From positions 158,906,001 to 158,970,000 of the forward strand of contig NC_042998.1 of NCBI RefSeq assembly GCF_006345805.1: 64,000 nt of DNA, written 5' to 3'. Positions 1-13,880 of this stretch are shown here, piece by piece. The number at the start of each line of letters is the position of its first letter. Positions within the stretch are counted from its first letter, which is position 1. The DNA is from Octopus sinensis (taxonomy: Eukaryota). The notes beneath the pieces were generated by a model. It was given only the letters and a program-made list of their open reading frames with translations. It had not been told where the DNA came from and made no database searches. Position numbers and translations under genes: made by a program.

Positions 1-516
1 TAGATATTTAGTAGCAGACATTGTAAAATTTCTATATGTGAGCCGATCTTTCCGTAATAAGCAGACATACACAAGACAATTTAATTATCATTACTTCAAT
101 ATATTTACTCTAATTTCCTCCTTCACATAGTAATAAAGAGGCCATGTATCATACAAGCGATTTCATTCCTGCCTTCAGGAAATTCACTATAGTAATAATT
201 TTCTTTAGTATTAGTTCTTGATCCCTTTTGTACGCGTAGCCTTTTCTATATTCATGGAACTAATACTTTTGTAACGGAACAGCTTCCACCAATACTGTAT
301 GGTCTGTACATTTAATAAACTGATATGTGCATCGAAACAGACTTTGATGTTCTGGGTTCTGGCTGTCTTCTAATCTATCTACCCATCTAACAATCAATCA
401 ACCAATCATTCAATCAATCAATCTATCTATCTATCAATCCATCTATCTCTCTATCACTCTTTCTCCGTATGTATATAATATAAATAATATATATATGCAT
501 ATACTACATACATATG

Positions 517-630
<114 letters not shown>

Positions 631-810
631 GCATATATGGGTACAGGACATCACAACAGTAAACAACATGAAATACGAAAACAAATGAGTTCAATACACA
701 AACAAATGGAAAACAAGACAAGTAACATAAATGATGACCTTTCATCAGTTGTCGGCTGTCTATCTACTCCTCAATTCGAGCACTGCCACGCATTCGTTTC
801 GAAGTAAGTT

Positions 811-894
<84 letters not shown>

Positions 895-2483
895 ATGTAT
901 GCATGTATGTATGTATTATGTATGTATGTATGTATGTATGTATGTATGTATGTATGTATATAAAGTAAATTAAGGAAAGCAATTCCTTCAAAGGGGCGTG
1001 TAAAACATTCAATTCACTGGTACGTCAGTTGAATACAACATAAATATGGGTATAATGCAAATTACAAACAAAAAATTAAATACAGAGATACAATTGACAA
1101 TCCAATAATCTATTCATGTTATAATGTAACATAATATACTATGAATATAATATAATATTGGATCTTTTTTTAACTGTATCTTTTGTGTAGTTGAAACGTT
1201 ATGGCTCATGTTCTCAATACATAGGCATTTTTTTACAATCCATCCGTCCTTTCACAGGGAATTTCGTTTGTCTATAAACCTATGGTCCGAAGAGATCAGT
1301 GGATATATATTGCATATAAATCAAATAATGCATTTAAGTCGAAACAAACTGTTGGCTATTTTGGCTTTTTAATGACTTTTTATGTTATCTAATATTATAT
1401 TATATTTATAGTATATTATGTTTTATTATAATAGAAATTAATTATTAGATTGTCAATTGAATCACTCTATTTACTTTATTGTTTATACACACCTACACAT
1501 ACCCGCACGCTTAAGCACACACACACGCATATATATATATAGTTGAAGTTCGTAGAAAAATACAAAAGACAAAGACAGGTGTATGAATAACAAGCAAGTT
1601 TGACGCTCGGGAGAAATGAAAAAGTCCTTTTATTTACGTTTTGAGCCTACGCTCTTCAACATAATAGAAACTAAAGGTGAAAAAAACTTGTAGATTTCAG
1701 TGATATATATTTATATATAGAGAGAGATACAGATATATCGTAGGACTCTGAGCAGGTATCACCATGACAACTTTCTCTGTGATGATCAACACGACGATCA
1801 CACGATACACAGCACTGCTGTAAACAGCGGAAATGAGTTAGAACATTAAAACTTAGTGTGCATGCACAACGGAGTTTAAGGTCAATCTGTGCCATGCGGC
1901 TTTACTCTGCATGCTTTAACTTCGCTACTATGACAACAGTCCGGATAGTTATTGATCAGACCTCGTATATTTATACATATATATATTGTTGTATATATGT
2001 ATATATGTGAGGTGTGTATATATATTATATATGTGTGTGCGTGTATATATGTATTTGCATATATCTATCTATTTATCTATCCATCTATCTATACACACAC
2101 ACACACATACCGTCTTTAACTCCCAGACCATTCCAAAAACCACTGAACCATGACAGACTAGCCCAGAAACAAAAACATCCTTTTGATTCCACAATGCTCT
2201 CCCCCACCAACCAACCAACTATTCCCACACTATTTTTAAAAATAGCAATCATCCCTTAAACACACATACACTAGAGATGAAGGAAGAAATTCTTGGTCAT
2301 TTCCCTAATATTCTGTATAAATACTTAAATATGATTCTCTCTGTATATATGCTTCTTTACAATCATGATTTTTGATGAACTTAAAATGATTATGAATTTA
2401 TTTTACTACCTATTTTGAACACATTTATGTTAACTGCTTAAACAAAAGTCCCGCTTAATGTTTTCTTATCATTGCCAAAGATT

Positions 2484-2905
2484 CTCTTTACTCTTTACTC
2501 TTTTACTTGTTTCAGTCATTTGACTGCGGCCATGCTGGAGCGCCGCCTTTAGTCGAAAAAATCGACCCCGGGACTTATTCTTTGTAAGCCCAGTACTTAT
2601 TCTATCGGGCTCTTTTGCCGAACCGCTAAGTGACGGGGACGTAAACACACCAGCATCGGTTGTCAAGCAATGCTAGGGGGACAAACACAGACACACAAAC
2701 ACATATATATATATATTATATATATATATAGATATATATATATATATACATATATACGACAGGCTTCTTTCAGTTTCCGTCTACCAAATCCACTCACAAG
2801 GCATTGGTCGGCCCGGGGCTATAGCAGAAGACACTTGCCCAAGACTGAACCCGGAACCATGTGGTTGGTTAGCAAGCTACTTACCACACAGCCACTCCTG
2901 TGCCT
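2484..2905 (-). mobile_element. SINE family 1 copy
   Basis: Reverse complement of 11786-12201. Confidence 0.9.
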
Positions 2906-3135
2906 ATTCTACTTCTTAACATTTTCATATCATTATCAAAGACTGTATCATTGTATTTTAATACAACTATGATAACCATTTTTTAACACAACAAAGGCTA
3001 AGCAAAGACTTTCCTTTTACTTTTGAAAATCTTATTTTAAAAAAGTGAAACCGGTCAAGTCAATAAACATCTTTAAAAGACCTCTGCATTTTCCTATATA
3101 TTTTCACTCGTGCGGTAACTTGGAAGTTTACTTTG

Positions 3136-3193
<58 letters not shown>

Positions 3194-3195
<2 letters not shown>

Positions 3196-3596
3196 TAGCG
3201 GGCCTCCCGGCTTTCGACCCGGTCTGTATGGCCGCAAATGTATTCATAAGACACATATTAGCATCTATCGTAATGATTTTCTTTACAATAAAAGTTATTA
3301 AAATGGATTTCAATATTGCATAACATAATTTTAAAGGGGTTAAAGAGAAAAAATAAATGAGACAGGGTGGGGGTAGTTGTAGCAGTATATATAGATTAAT
3401 ATGTATTAGTGGTTATGTGGTAATACTCGTAGTACAATTTAGAAAATTGTTAAAAATTATGTTATACAATATTGAAATTCCTTTGAACAACTTTTATTGT
3501 AAGGAAGATGGGCATTGCGATAGATCCCAATAGGTGCCTTATGAATACATTTGAGCGTAGTACAGACCGGGCCGAAGGTCGGGAGGTCCGCTAGTA
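3194..3596. mobile_element. ~400-bp element with ~80-bp inverted termini resembling Helitron 3' ends (related end at ~5025-5104)
   Basis: TACTAGCGGGCCTCCCGGCTTTCGACCCGGTCTGTA..AAATGTATTCATAAG pairs with CTTATGAATACATTT..TACAGACCGGGCCGAAGGTCGGGAGGTCCGCTAGTA. Confidence 0.7.
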
Positions 3597-3610
3597 TATA
3601 GTATGCATAC

Positions 3611-3725
<115 letters not shown>

Positions 3726-4066
3726 TAGATAGATATTTATATATATATATTTATATGTGTGTTATTATAATTGTTATTATTATTATTATTATCATTATTA
3801 TTATTATTATTATTCAATCCAAGGAAAAACAATTTCCTTCAAATGGATGGAAAACGTCCAATTTTCACTGGTTCTTCAGTTTAATACCACAATATAGTAG
3901 AGAAAAAAGTCAAAACTTAAAATAGTGTAATTTCAATATATAAATAATAAAGGAAACAGAGAAATACAATTGACGTATTATAAATTTATTAACATTGTAA
4001 TATAATATAATTATGTTATACAAATATATAATATAATGTAATATAACAAATAATAAAACCAAATAT

Positions 4067-4156
4067 ATATTTCGCAATTTGTTTCGATTCATATACACCA
4101 CTGAATTAAGTAAAAAAAATCCACATTTATATATATGAATCTCGTCAGGATAATAT
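4067..4156 (-). ncRNA. Degenerate hammerhead motif (same repeat family as 47321)
   Basis: Reverse complement reads ATATTATC-CTGACGA-GATTCATATA...TATATGAATC-GAAA-CAAATTG-C-GAAATAT. Stem II is a perfect 10 bp; the cleavage triplet is damaged. Confidence 0.65.
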
Positions 4157-5103
4157 TTACGTAAAAAATAGACAGAAATTTCATGCAAGGACTAGTAAAT
4201 CACAAAATAGACTAATTTAAAATATACCTATGTTTACAAGCATGAGCGTTAATAATTTTGAAATATAATAAATATAATTTTTAAAAAATTCAAATCGATA
4301 AAATAGATTAAAACGAACAAAACAATTACAACGCTCATAAAATATTCTTATGCTTCTTTAATAGTATTACTCTAAAGATATTTTAATCTAAAATAATTAT
4401 TGCCAATTTTTATTATATAAATTCAATATAATAAATTCTATATAATATGTTAAGAATTTATTGTGGAGTAGGAAATATATTTTTTGAAAATGTCTATATA
4501 CTATTATGAAAGAATAAATAAGGATATATTTTATTCACACACGAAATTCATTAAAAAAAGTTTTAATCAACTATTCATTAATTCAAAAGTTTCGTCTAAA
4601 TACGGCGATGTTAAACAATTGTATAAATTTATGATTATTATGATCTATTCTATTCCTTACATAAAAATGGTAATAATATATAATTAAATAAATAAATTAT
4701 CAGAATGTTACTCACTTTTACAGAACAAAATAAATTAGAGTAAACCAATAGTTTATATTTCCAAAATTTTATGTGCATATAAGTTCGAAAGAACATAATA
4801 TCATGATATATACTAAATATTATAGGGTCTACAACGAATATTCATATATGCATAATTATTCAAAACGATATGTAATTATATTTAAGAATTATTCTTATCT
4901 ATTGATGCGTACAAATATAAGCATTATACATCTTCTATCTCTTCTGCCCCCTCTGCCCCACTTGTTTTTTCTCAATAGCCGGATAATTTTAAAATTTCAC
5001 AATCTATATTTCACATCTCACGTATGGGCATTACGAGAGATGCCGATATGTGCCTTATGAATACATTTGAGCAGTACAGACCGGCCCGATGGCCGGAAAG
5101 ACC

Positions 5104-5116
5104 GATAGATAGATAT

Positions 5117-5211
<95 letters not shown>

Positions 5212-5218
5212 TACAGAC

Positions 5219-5310
<92 letters not shown>
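5104..5310. repeat. (GATA)n/(GACA)n microsatellite, representative of dozens of (TA)n, (CA)n, (GA)n, (TACA)n and (TAA)n tracts in the window
   Basis: Directly visible. Confidence 0.98.
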
Positions 5311-5312
<2 letters not shown>

Positions 5313-5402
5313 ATGAGGTAAGAGAAGAAATGGAGCAACTTCTAACGATTTGAAGTTGATTTGTAGTATCGAATGATCATAGTTTAATTATGGCGAAGAT
5401 AA

Positions 5403-5479
5403 CATTTACAGCTGTTTCGTTATTTTTTTTAGGTAAACTTGCGTTTATCTCGTTCCATGTAACAAACATTATCAGAATG
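5403..5479 (-). ncRNA. Degenerate hammerhead motif (G8>A)
   Basis: Reverse complement reads CATT-CTGATaA-tGTT...AAC-GAAA-CAGCTG-TA-AATG. Confidence 0.55.
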
Positions 5480-5821
5480 ATTTGAAATTTTCCAGGAATA
5501 TTGACAAGAGATCGAAGGTTGGCAAGAGAGAAAGGAAGAAACAGAAAAGGAAAAGGAAAGAGGAAAAACCACTAGTATTAATTATTGATTTAATAATTTT
5601 TACCCTGTATTTATATAGTTAAATATTGAAATTCTTCGGTTGGATAATATACGGTGAATTTATTTACTGCACTACTCCGAGTTTGTACATTGTTTAGCGG
5701 CTTTCGATTTCAATTCTTGATATATAAAGATGGAACTTTATATATCTTTATATAAGTGCGCACGTGTATATTTTGTGTTTTCGGTACGTATTATAGTTTC
5801 ATAATTATGCACTTTCCAGCG

Positions 5822-5917
5822 ACCTTACTGACGAGCCACGGATGATTAATTAATCAATTGATTGACTAATTAATTGATTTATTTGAACATTAGTGGTGAA
5901 AGTCATGGGTGCAGGGT
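5822..5917 (+). ncRNA. Degenerate hammerhead motif
   Basis: ACCTTA-CTGACGA-GCCAC...GTGGT-GAAA-gtCATGGG-Tg-CAGGGT. Core and stem II are intact; stem III and the cleavage site are mutated. Confidence 0.55.
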
Positions 5918-6171
5918 TTACTGAAATTTTTATTCATTCAAGTGTCCTACAGGCAACATGCAATGTAAGAATATATCTTTCGTGTTTCTGGTTTTGACTG
6001 CCCTTTCTAGCATGTAAGAAATCTCCACGGTGGTTTCCTCTCCGTGTATAAACTCTTATACTTTATTATGTTATAAAAATATTTACGTCTTCTGACTTTT
6101 ATTACGCATGCTAACCATAACCACTGGTATTAACTATTAATAATTTTTAATAATTTTTGCCCTGTATTTAT

Positions 6172-6205
<34 letters not shown>

Positions 6206-6671
6206 CCGGAGTAAGCATATAAATGTGAAAGAATGTGAAAAGAAAGAGTACTCAAATACCAGAGGTAGAGTAATATGTTTTATTTAAAAGCAGCAGAAAT
6301 ATCACAAAACTGTTACTCAGCGTTACATACATACATACGCACATGCATAGACACACACATACATAGACACACACATACATACATACATACATACATACAT
6401 ACATACATACATACATACATACATACATGCATACGTACATAGAAATACTCGGTTTCATGAAGAAAGAGAAAAAGAAACTGGCACGGATTCTCCAAATCCA
6501 AACTATTAGTTGCAAAATGAAGATTTGTAAGACGGGCAAAAATTATCCAAGTGAGATTCTTATATGAATAAATGCTTATACATTGGAGGTATGTATCGAC
6601 AGCTCAACCAACATACCAACTCAACCTCATATTTACGAACACTGGAAACTCTCTTAACTCAACATACAGAA

Positions 6672-6703
<32 letters not shown>

Positions 6704-7158
6704 CAGGATGATTCTGAGGGAAAAATGCCATAGTGGTGATGATGACGATAATCATCACCATCATCAATATCATCATCATCGTCGCCGTCGTCGTCGTCAT
6801 CATCATCATCATTATTATCACTATCATCTTCATGTCGACGACCGTGACCGCGACGATGTCTTCGTTGATCATAAACGACACTGAGATCAGTTACAGCCTG
6901 AGGTAAAACTTATATGATATTTGGGCGAATGTTTGAACTTCCTCGTGTGTGTGAGTGTTTATGTGTGTGTGTGTGTGTGTGTTTGTGTGTTTGCGTGCGT
7001 GTGTGTGTTTGTGTGTGTATGTATGTGTGTGTGTTGTATGTGGTGTGTCTTGTGCGTACGTGTCTGTGTATGAGTATGAAAGTATCTGTGCGTATGAGAG
7101 ATAGAGAGAGTCAGTGAGTACGTGTGTGTGGTGTGTATGTAAGTGTGTATGTGTGTGC

Positions 7159-7235
<77 letters not shown>

Positions 7236-9672
7236 AACCTAAACTATACAAATACAGCCCTGATTCTTTTTCTCAATGTTTGTACCCTGACAAGGAGGAA
7301 TGGAATGTTGATAAATACCAGACGGTCAGTCTTTATTTACACCTAGAAATTATAAACATTTACATGACCGCTAGCTTGCTTTTTTTCTGTTTTTACGGTT
7401 ATTTTCCCATTTATAAATTCTTGTGAAAGTTGAAATAAAATCACGTCTGACAAAAAATAAGGAAATTTTTCTCTCTCTCCCCATCCCTCTCTCTCTCTCT
7501 TTCTCTCTCTTTCACCTTTTATCTTAGTGTTCCATCCACTGAACAAACAGCTCAAAAAGAAAAAAAAATGAGAAAAAGAAACAAGTTATGTTCCCTTTCT
7601 GTGAAGAGATCACCATTCATGAACTGCTGGCATTTGAAGATTATCGTTGTTATTGCGACGTGTGTGTTGTGTGTTTTACTGGATTGCAAAAACTATGCTG
7701 CTACTGCTGCTACTACTGGTGCTGCTCTTGTTGTCACTGTTGTTTAGCTAAGGTCAACCCTGGTCGTGCAGATCAATGCTCATAAGTGTTCCCCTTGTAA
7801 TTATCCCATCTTTTTTTTTACATATATATATAATGGAGTTGGGTACCTAGGGTTACATTATTCTTGTAACACTTCCTTGTAACAGCCGGATAATTTTAAA
7901 ATTTCACAATCTATAATATCAAATGACTATGTAGAGGAATCCTTTGTCTCTAATCAAATGAAGGAAGTGATAGATTTCCACCCTGAACTTAGTGGGAATG
8001 AAGATTATGAAGATTTGTGTTTCATATTGATGAATTAGTCTCGATCTGTTGCCTCTTAGGCTATTCAGAAATTTGTAATGATTGAGCTACGAATTTAAAA
8101 ATAATGGAAGAGAACGTCCTAAATTATGGGCTTTTCGTAATAATAGTTTAAAGCTTTGGTACAAGCCCAGCAATTTCAGGGCAGGAGGTAAGTCGATTTC
8201 ATCGACCCCAATGCTCGATTGGCACATCCCGAAATGATGACAGGTGCAGATGATCTCGGCAGAATTTGAACTCTGAATATAAACTCAGACGAAATACTGC
8301 AAGGTGTTTTTACCTAGCGTGCAAACTTTTCTGCCAACTCGCCACTTTTCGGGCTTTTCATAATAACAAGTATGAATAACATTAAACAGGTTGATATAAT
8401 AAGCTAAATCCGTGTTTGTTAGACTCGTAACCGAATAGTGAGTTCTGTCATGACAGCAATAATTGTATATTATACAAATTACGAGTGATGACAGCAATAT
8501 TTGATGATAGCATAAACCAGAAACTTTAAGAAAAATGTAAACCGTAAGTTATGACATTGGCACCTCCTCCTAAGAATTAAATTAATAGAAAAGAAATATA
8601 AATAATTAGAAGGTGGTGGACTTAACTTGCTCTCAATTAGATGAGCTTAACCATTTGCCTGTCCAAAACATTTTCATAAGCTTATCCTAAACGACCATTA
8701 TTTGTTTTCAGACTTTTAGTCGGCTTTTGTTACGTACATTTTGAGGAATATAAAGCTTTCCTTTCATAAGTTACTCTGATGATTGGAAAAAGTTGGGAAT
8801 GTGTAGCATATATGATGCAAGGATGCCAGAAAAATATGTCCTGTGCATCACATATGATACACTGGACAGATAAAGAGTTTTTTAATTATTTTTTTAATTA
8901 AAGGAACATAGAACGTCACTTAATTAGAAATAAGAGTGGATGATCTGTGAGCACACATAAAGGCACACACACAAATGCAAAAAGTACACACGTGCGTGCG
9001 TGTGTGTGTAAGTATGTGTGTCTGCCTGTCTGTCTGACTGTGCATAACAGCTTAAATCAGAAAAGCTGAAATTTAAATATTATAAAACCTCCATGTGGAT
9101 TAAAAAAGAATGTAAACACATTCTTTATACTTCGGATATACAGAGGGAAAAAAGGGGATAAAGACTGCTGATAGACGGTTACATGTCTTGTTGATTACTT
9201 GGCTTTCTTCACCTTTCAATAATATAGATCAACTGCATACAAAGTAGTGGTGAATAAGACTAGCACCGTTGTAGATAATCTAATTTGTATATTTGAGGGT
9301 TCATCATTAAGCAAGCAATATCTATTTATGCACAACCTGGCGTAAAACAAAACACAAATTGATTTGATGGACTTCCGCACAATTTCCGTCAACCAAATTC
9401 ATTGGTCGGTCCGGTGCTATAGTAGAAGATTACTAATCTTAAAGAACAGTAGTTTGCGAAGGAAGAAAAGTGTTGCAATAACTAGGAAAGAGTGGGTTCA
9501 AAAGGATTTAAGTTATCTCTATGCAGTGTGTTATGGGAGGCTTCTTTAATGTAGTCCTACATACACAATGTTTGAGAATATGACAGGAAAATATTACAGG
9601 AACATTATTAATCTTAAATCTGCTGGGATTGGCTGACTTGAAGTATGACGACTACAATAGCAGCCACAACAA

Positions 9673-9885
9673 AGCGACGAGCTGGTAGAATCGTTAGCAC
9701 GCCGGGAAAAATTGCTTAACGACATCTCGTCCGCCCAAACGTTCTGAGTTCAAATTTAGCCGAGGTCGACTTTAACTTCCATTCTTCCAGGTCAATAAAA
9801 TAATATCATTTGAGAACTGGGTCGATGTAATCGATTTGCCTCCATTCCCGAAATTGCTGGCCTTGTGTCAAAATTTGAAACCAAT
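9673..9885 (+). mobile_element. SINE family 2 (other copies at 30098-30302 and 36863-37005 plus; 8150-8345 minus)
   Basis: GAGCTGGTAGAATCGTTAGCACGCCGG..GTTCTGAGTTCAAAT..GCCGAGGTCGACTTT..GGGTCGATGTAATCGA..AAAATTTGAAAC. Confidence 0.85.
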
Positions 9886-10688
9886 AGCAATAAGGCTATT
9901 TAAAGATTTTCTGTTCATTTTCTATTTACTCATTTATTGTGTCCGTTTGTCAAAAACCGAAAATAGCATAAAAATCGAGAAGCATAAGGAATGAGATATA
10001 CTTGATCAATATAAAAATTTGTTAAAGTTCCTGCTTTCTGATTTTTTGCGGACCATGTAATTATTATGCTGGACATGAATGGACGTATCAGGAAAACGTC
10101 ATGCTTCGAGCGAGTTTAATCTGTTGTCCTGAAGTTTGTTCGGTATTTATTCTCTAATGCTCAGAACGATAGAGACAATCTCACAAAAGAAAATTTGGTT
10201 TTTCGTTAAATAAGGGAAAAACTTGTGTCCTGTTTATCTTTTATCTTTTACCTACTTCAGTCATTAGATTGCGGCCACGCTGGGGCACCACCTTGAAAAA
10301 TTTTAGTGGTACGAATAGAGCCCAGTAATTATTTGTTTTTGTTTTTGTTTTTTTTTAAATCCTGGTACTTATTGTATCGGAGTCTTTTGTCAAACCATGA
10401 AGTTATGGGGATGTAAATACACCAACTCTGGATTTCAAGTGCTGATGGGGACAAACATGGACACAAACACACACACACACACACACTCACACACATAGAT
10501 ACACATGCACACACACAGACACATGCTCACACACACGCGCAAACACGTACACACGCACACATAGACAAACATACAAACGCGCATACTCATGCACAGACAC
10601 ACACACACACATATATATGTATATTTATATGTGTATGTGTATATATATATATATAATATATATATATATATTATATATATAATATATA

Positions 10689-10792
<104 letters not shown>

Positions 10793-10819
10793 ATATATAT
10801 ATAGATATAATTAATCAAT

Positions 10820-11088
10820 ATAGGGTGGCAAAAAATTTTGTAGAATTTTTTTGCCACCAGCGGCCTAGTGGGAAAAAATTAAATAGTCAAAGACCATTTT
10901 TAAGTTCAACATCAACAATCAAGGAACGCCATAATAGGCCATTCACCCACTAGAAATAACAGCCAAAGCTTCAACCGCAACTAAAAATCGGAACTGGTTT
11001 ACGGAATTGATTTTTATTTGCGGTTGAAGCTTTGGCTGTTATTTCTAGTGGGTGAATGGCCTATTATGGCCGTTCCTTGATTGTTGAT
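10820..11088. repeat. Fold-back fragment of the 16.2-17.2 kb repeat family
   Basis: 10911-10989 is inverted at 11008-11088; shares CCATAATAGG(C/A)CATTC and CTAGAAA..CAGCCAAA with the 472-bp unit. Confidence 0.8.
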
Positions 11089-11165
11089 ATATATATATAT
11101 ATATATTATATATAATATATATATATATATAATATATATATATATTATATATTATATATATATAT

Positions 11166-11217
<52 letters not shown>

Positions 11218-11242
11218 GATATAGATATAGATATATATAAAC

Positions 11243-11279
<37 letters not shown>

Positions 11280-11705
11280 ATACGATTATACATTTTCTTG
11301 CAAGATTCTTAATGGGAATTGCGTGTTGAAACAGATGTTGTTAAATTTGAGGATGGCCCAATTAAACACATGCACACAATATATTTGGTTTTCACTTCAG
11401 GTTTGTTATTTTTAGTTTGTTCTTTTTTCTGTCTCTGGTTTCATTCTGAGATGGAACGAGCTGAGAGAGAAGAGGAGACACAAAAGACAAAGACTCGCCG
11501 AAGAGGTCACAGAAATTCGAGTCCTTATGTAGAACGTAAGGCTAGAGATGGGAGCGATGATCTCCCCTCGCAAATACTAATCGGACACAGGGTGTGTGTC
11601 GGTAGCCAGCTGGAAGAGAGCTCTTCCTGGTGTTATAAACATCAGTAGCACAGTTCTCTATAGAAAGCCAAACTTGGTTGGCAATTATATGTTACGAAAA
11701 TAATA

Positions 11706-11759
<54 letters not shown>

Positions 11760-11785
11760 TAATAATAATAATAATAATAATAAGA

Positions 11786-12200
11786 GGCGCAGGAGTGGCT
11801 GTGTGGTAAGTAGCTTGCTAACCAACCACATGGTTCCGGGTTCAGTCCCACTGCGTGGCATCTTGGGCTAGTGTCTTCTGCTATAGCCCCGGGCCGACCA
11901 ATGCCTTGTGAGTGGATTTGGTAGACGGAAACTGAAAGAAGCCTGTCGTATATATGTATATATATATATGTGTGTGTGTGTATTTGTGTGCCTGTGTTTG
12001 TCCCCCTAGCATTGCTTGACAACCGATACTGGTGTGTTTACGTCCCCGTCACTTAGCGGTTCGGCAAAAGAGACCGATAGAATAAGTACTGGGCTTACAA
12101 AGAATAAGTCTCGGGGTCGATTTGCTCGACTAAAGGTGGTGCTCCAGCATGGCCGCAGTCAAATGACTGAAACAAGTAAAAGAGTAAAAGAGTAAAAAGA

Positions 12201-12201
<1 letters not shown>
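11786..12201 (+). mobile_element. tRNA-derived SINE family 1, full length
   Basis: A-box TGGCTGTGTGG, B-box-like GGTTCAGTCCC, internal TA/TG tract, tail GCATGGCCGCAGTCAAATGACTGAAAC(AAGAGTAA)n. Confidence 0.9.
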
Positions 12202-12238
<37 letters not shown>

Positions 12239-12242
<4 letters not shown>

Positions 12243-12582
12243 TAGCAAAAGGGGCTGAGTGCTACCTAACTCAGATACCAGGAAACCCCAAAATGGCAGA
12301 AATTCAAAAGATAGTGCTCATGGAAACTGCTCATATCCTACGCAAAATACTTTCTATGTAATCTCAAGGTTTAAAACAAACATAATTTTCAGGTTTTTTT
12401 TTAGTTTTTTAAATTTTTCTAATTTTTTTTTAGACATTCACTAGTACAACACCAAAAAAAACAACCAAATATATGGCACACTAGGCATAACAACAACATG
12501 AACTTCCAACCTGTTGTCTCTTGAGGTTTCTGGGTGAGACTTGGAGTCAACTTGTACAAATATAAAGCAAAGGTCAAACATA

Positions 12583-12583
<1 letters not shown>
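12239..12583 (+). mobile_element. 3' end of a Dong/R4-type (restriction-like endonuclease) non-LTR retrotransposon inserted in (TAA)n
   Basis: MIAKGAECYLTQIPGNPKMAEIQKIVLMETAHILRKILSM* (stop 12361) resembles the R4/Dong C-terminus, and (AAT)n lies on both sides. Confidence 0.75.
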
Positions 12584-12672
<89 letters not shown>

Positions 12673-12877
12673 TAATAGTAATAGTAATAGTGATGATGAT
12701 GATGATGAGGAGGAGGAGGAGGATAACTAGCTGGACCCGTGAAAAATTCACGGGAAACACAAAAAATGTAAGCATCTGTAAACAGTGTAGTGGTGCCATG
12801 AGAAATGTCTGTATATCTTGACCGTCTGTCTTTACGTTCTGCGTTCTGAGATGGACTTTACCTTTCGGTCTCTCGGA

Positions 12878-13069
12878 CATTTCAGAGTTCTTCGCTTTGA
12901 AACTAAAAGAGTTTTACATTGATGGTATTAAGAAGCTTGTAAATAGATGGAAGAGTGTCATAGATACTCAGGGAAAGTACATTGATGATTAAATTTCAAT
13001 TAAATATAACATTTGATCACTTGTTTTCATTATTCAAAATTCGGACTGAACTTATGTGGTGACCTGATA
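12878..13069 (+). mobile_element. Mariner 3' fragment with terminal repeat
   Basis: ISEFFALKLKEFYIDGIKKLVNRWKSVIDTQGKYIDD*, then ..GAACTTATGTGGTGACCTGA|TA. Confidence 0.8.
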
Positions 13070-13199
13070 CATACACCCACACACACATACATACATTTAT
13101 CTATATAACAGCCCACTAACTATTCTATTCTACCTGTATAGACTGTGGGTATGGGTGTATAATATCTACTACATATATTTCCTATTTAGTATTGGGGAT

Positions 13200-13880
13200 C
13201 TTTCATTTATGAGGACGTACACCTATATTTTTCTGAGTGTTGGGCGCTTGGATGAGATGCGGATGTCAAGTTGACTCAGGTTGCCTTTCATCTTGATCCT
13301 TGGCATGCTGGTAGAGTATGGAGGACTGTTTGTTTGTCGTCATATTGTCTCAAATAATCATTTAATCGTTCCGCAATGTTCCTAGATGTCTCCCCTATGT
13401 ATGTCATGTTCATATCTTTACAAGCACCTTCTATGCATCATATGCTGTAAAATACTTTTCTAGTTCTACAGTTAATGCCAGGGCTAATCCTACATACCAT
13501 AAAGTTATCATTGGTACATATGGTATTCCCAAACGGGAACGTCCTACATACTTGCGATCTGACGGAATTCCCTGACTTTTCAACAATCTTAATGTTGAGT
13601 TTGGTCTTCTTCAGAGCTTTCCTAAATCTACGGGCTAATTCTCCATGGGCTGTGGCCTCTAGAAACATCATTCCTTGATATTTTTCGATTTTATACCACG
13701 TGTTCACTCTGTTTGCTTTGTCACAAGTTTTTTGTATTCTATTCCAGTCTTTGTTTCTATAGCTAGGGCAGGTTCCACTGGTATCATTACATATAATGTT
13801 ATCTAACTTCTTTCTATCACCCCTGTATACTCGAACCCTCTATTTCTGATCATATCTAGAGAATTGCATGCAGTATCTAA
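13200..13880 (-). mobile_element. PLE C-terminal fragment (linker + GIY-YIG), degenerate
   Basis: ATAHGELARR..IKIVEKSG..PF..C..C..NCRTRKVFYSI.C..TYIGET. Confidence 0.8.

Noticed and set aside
6206-6324. Half-hammerhead (minus strand AACGCTGAG-TA-ACAGTTTT)
   Set aside because: Truncated by a (TACA)n tract; the CUGANGA half is absent.
6564-6884. His/Arg-rich ORF
   Set aside because: Produced by (GACA)n and (CAT/CGT)n repeats.
11319-11648. 109-aa ORF
   Set aside because: Non-ATG start and no recognisable motif; probably repeat-derived.
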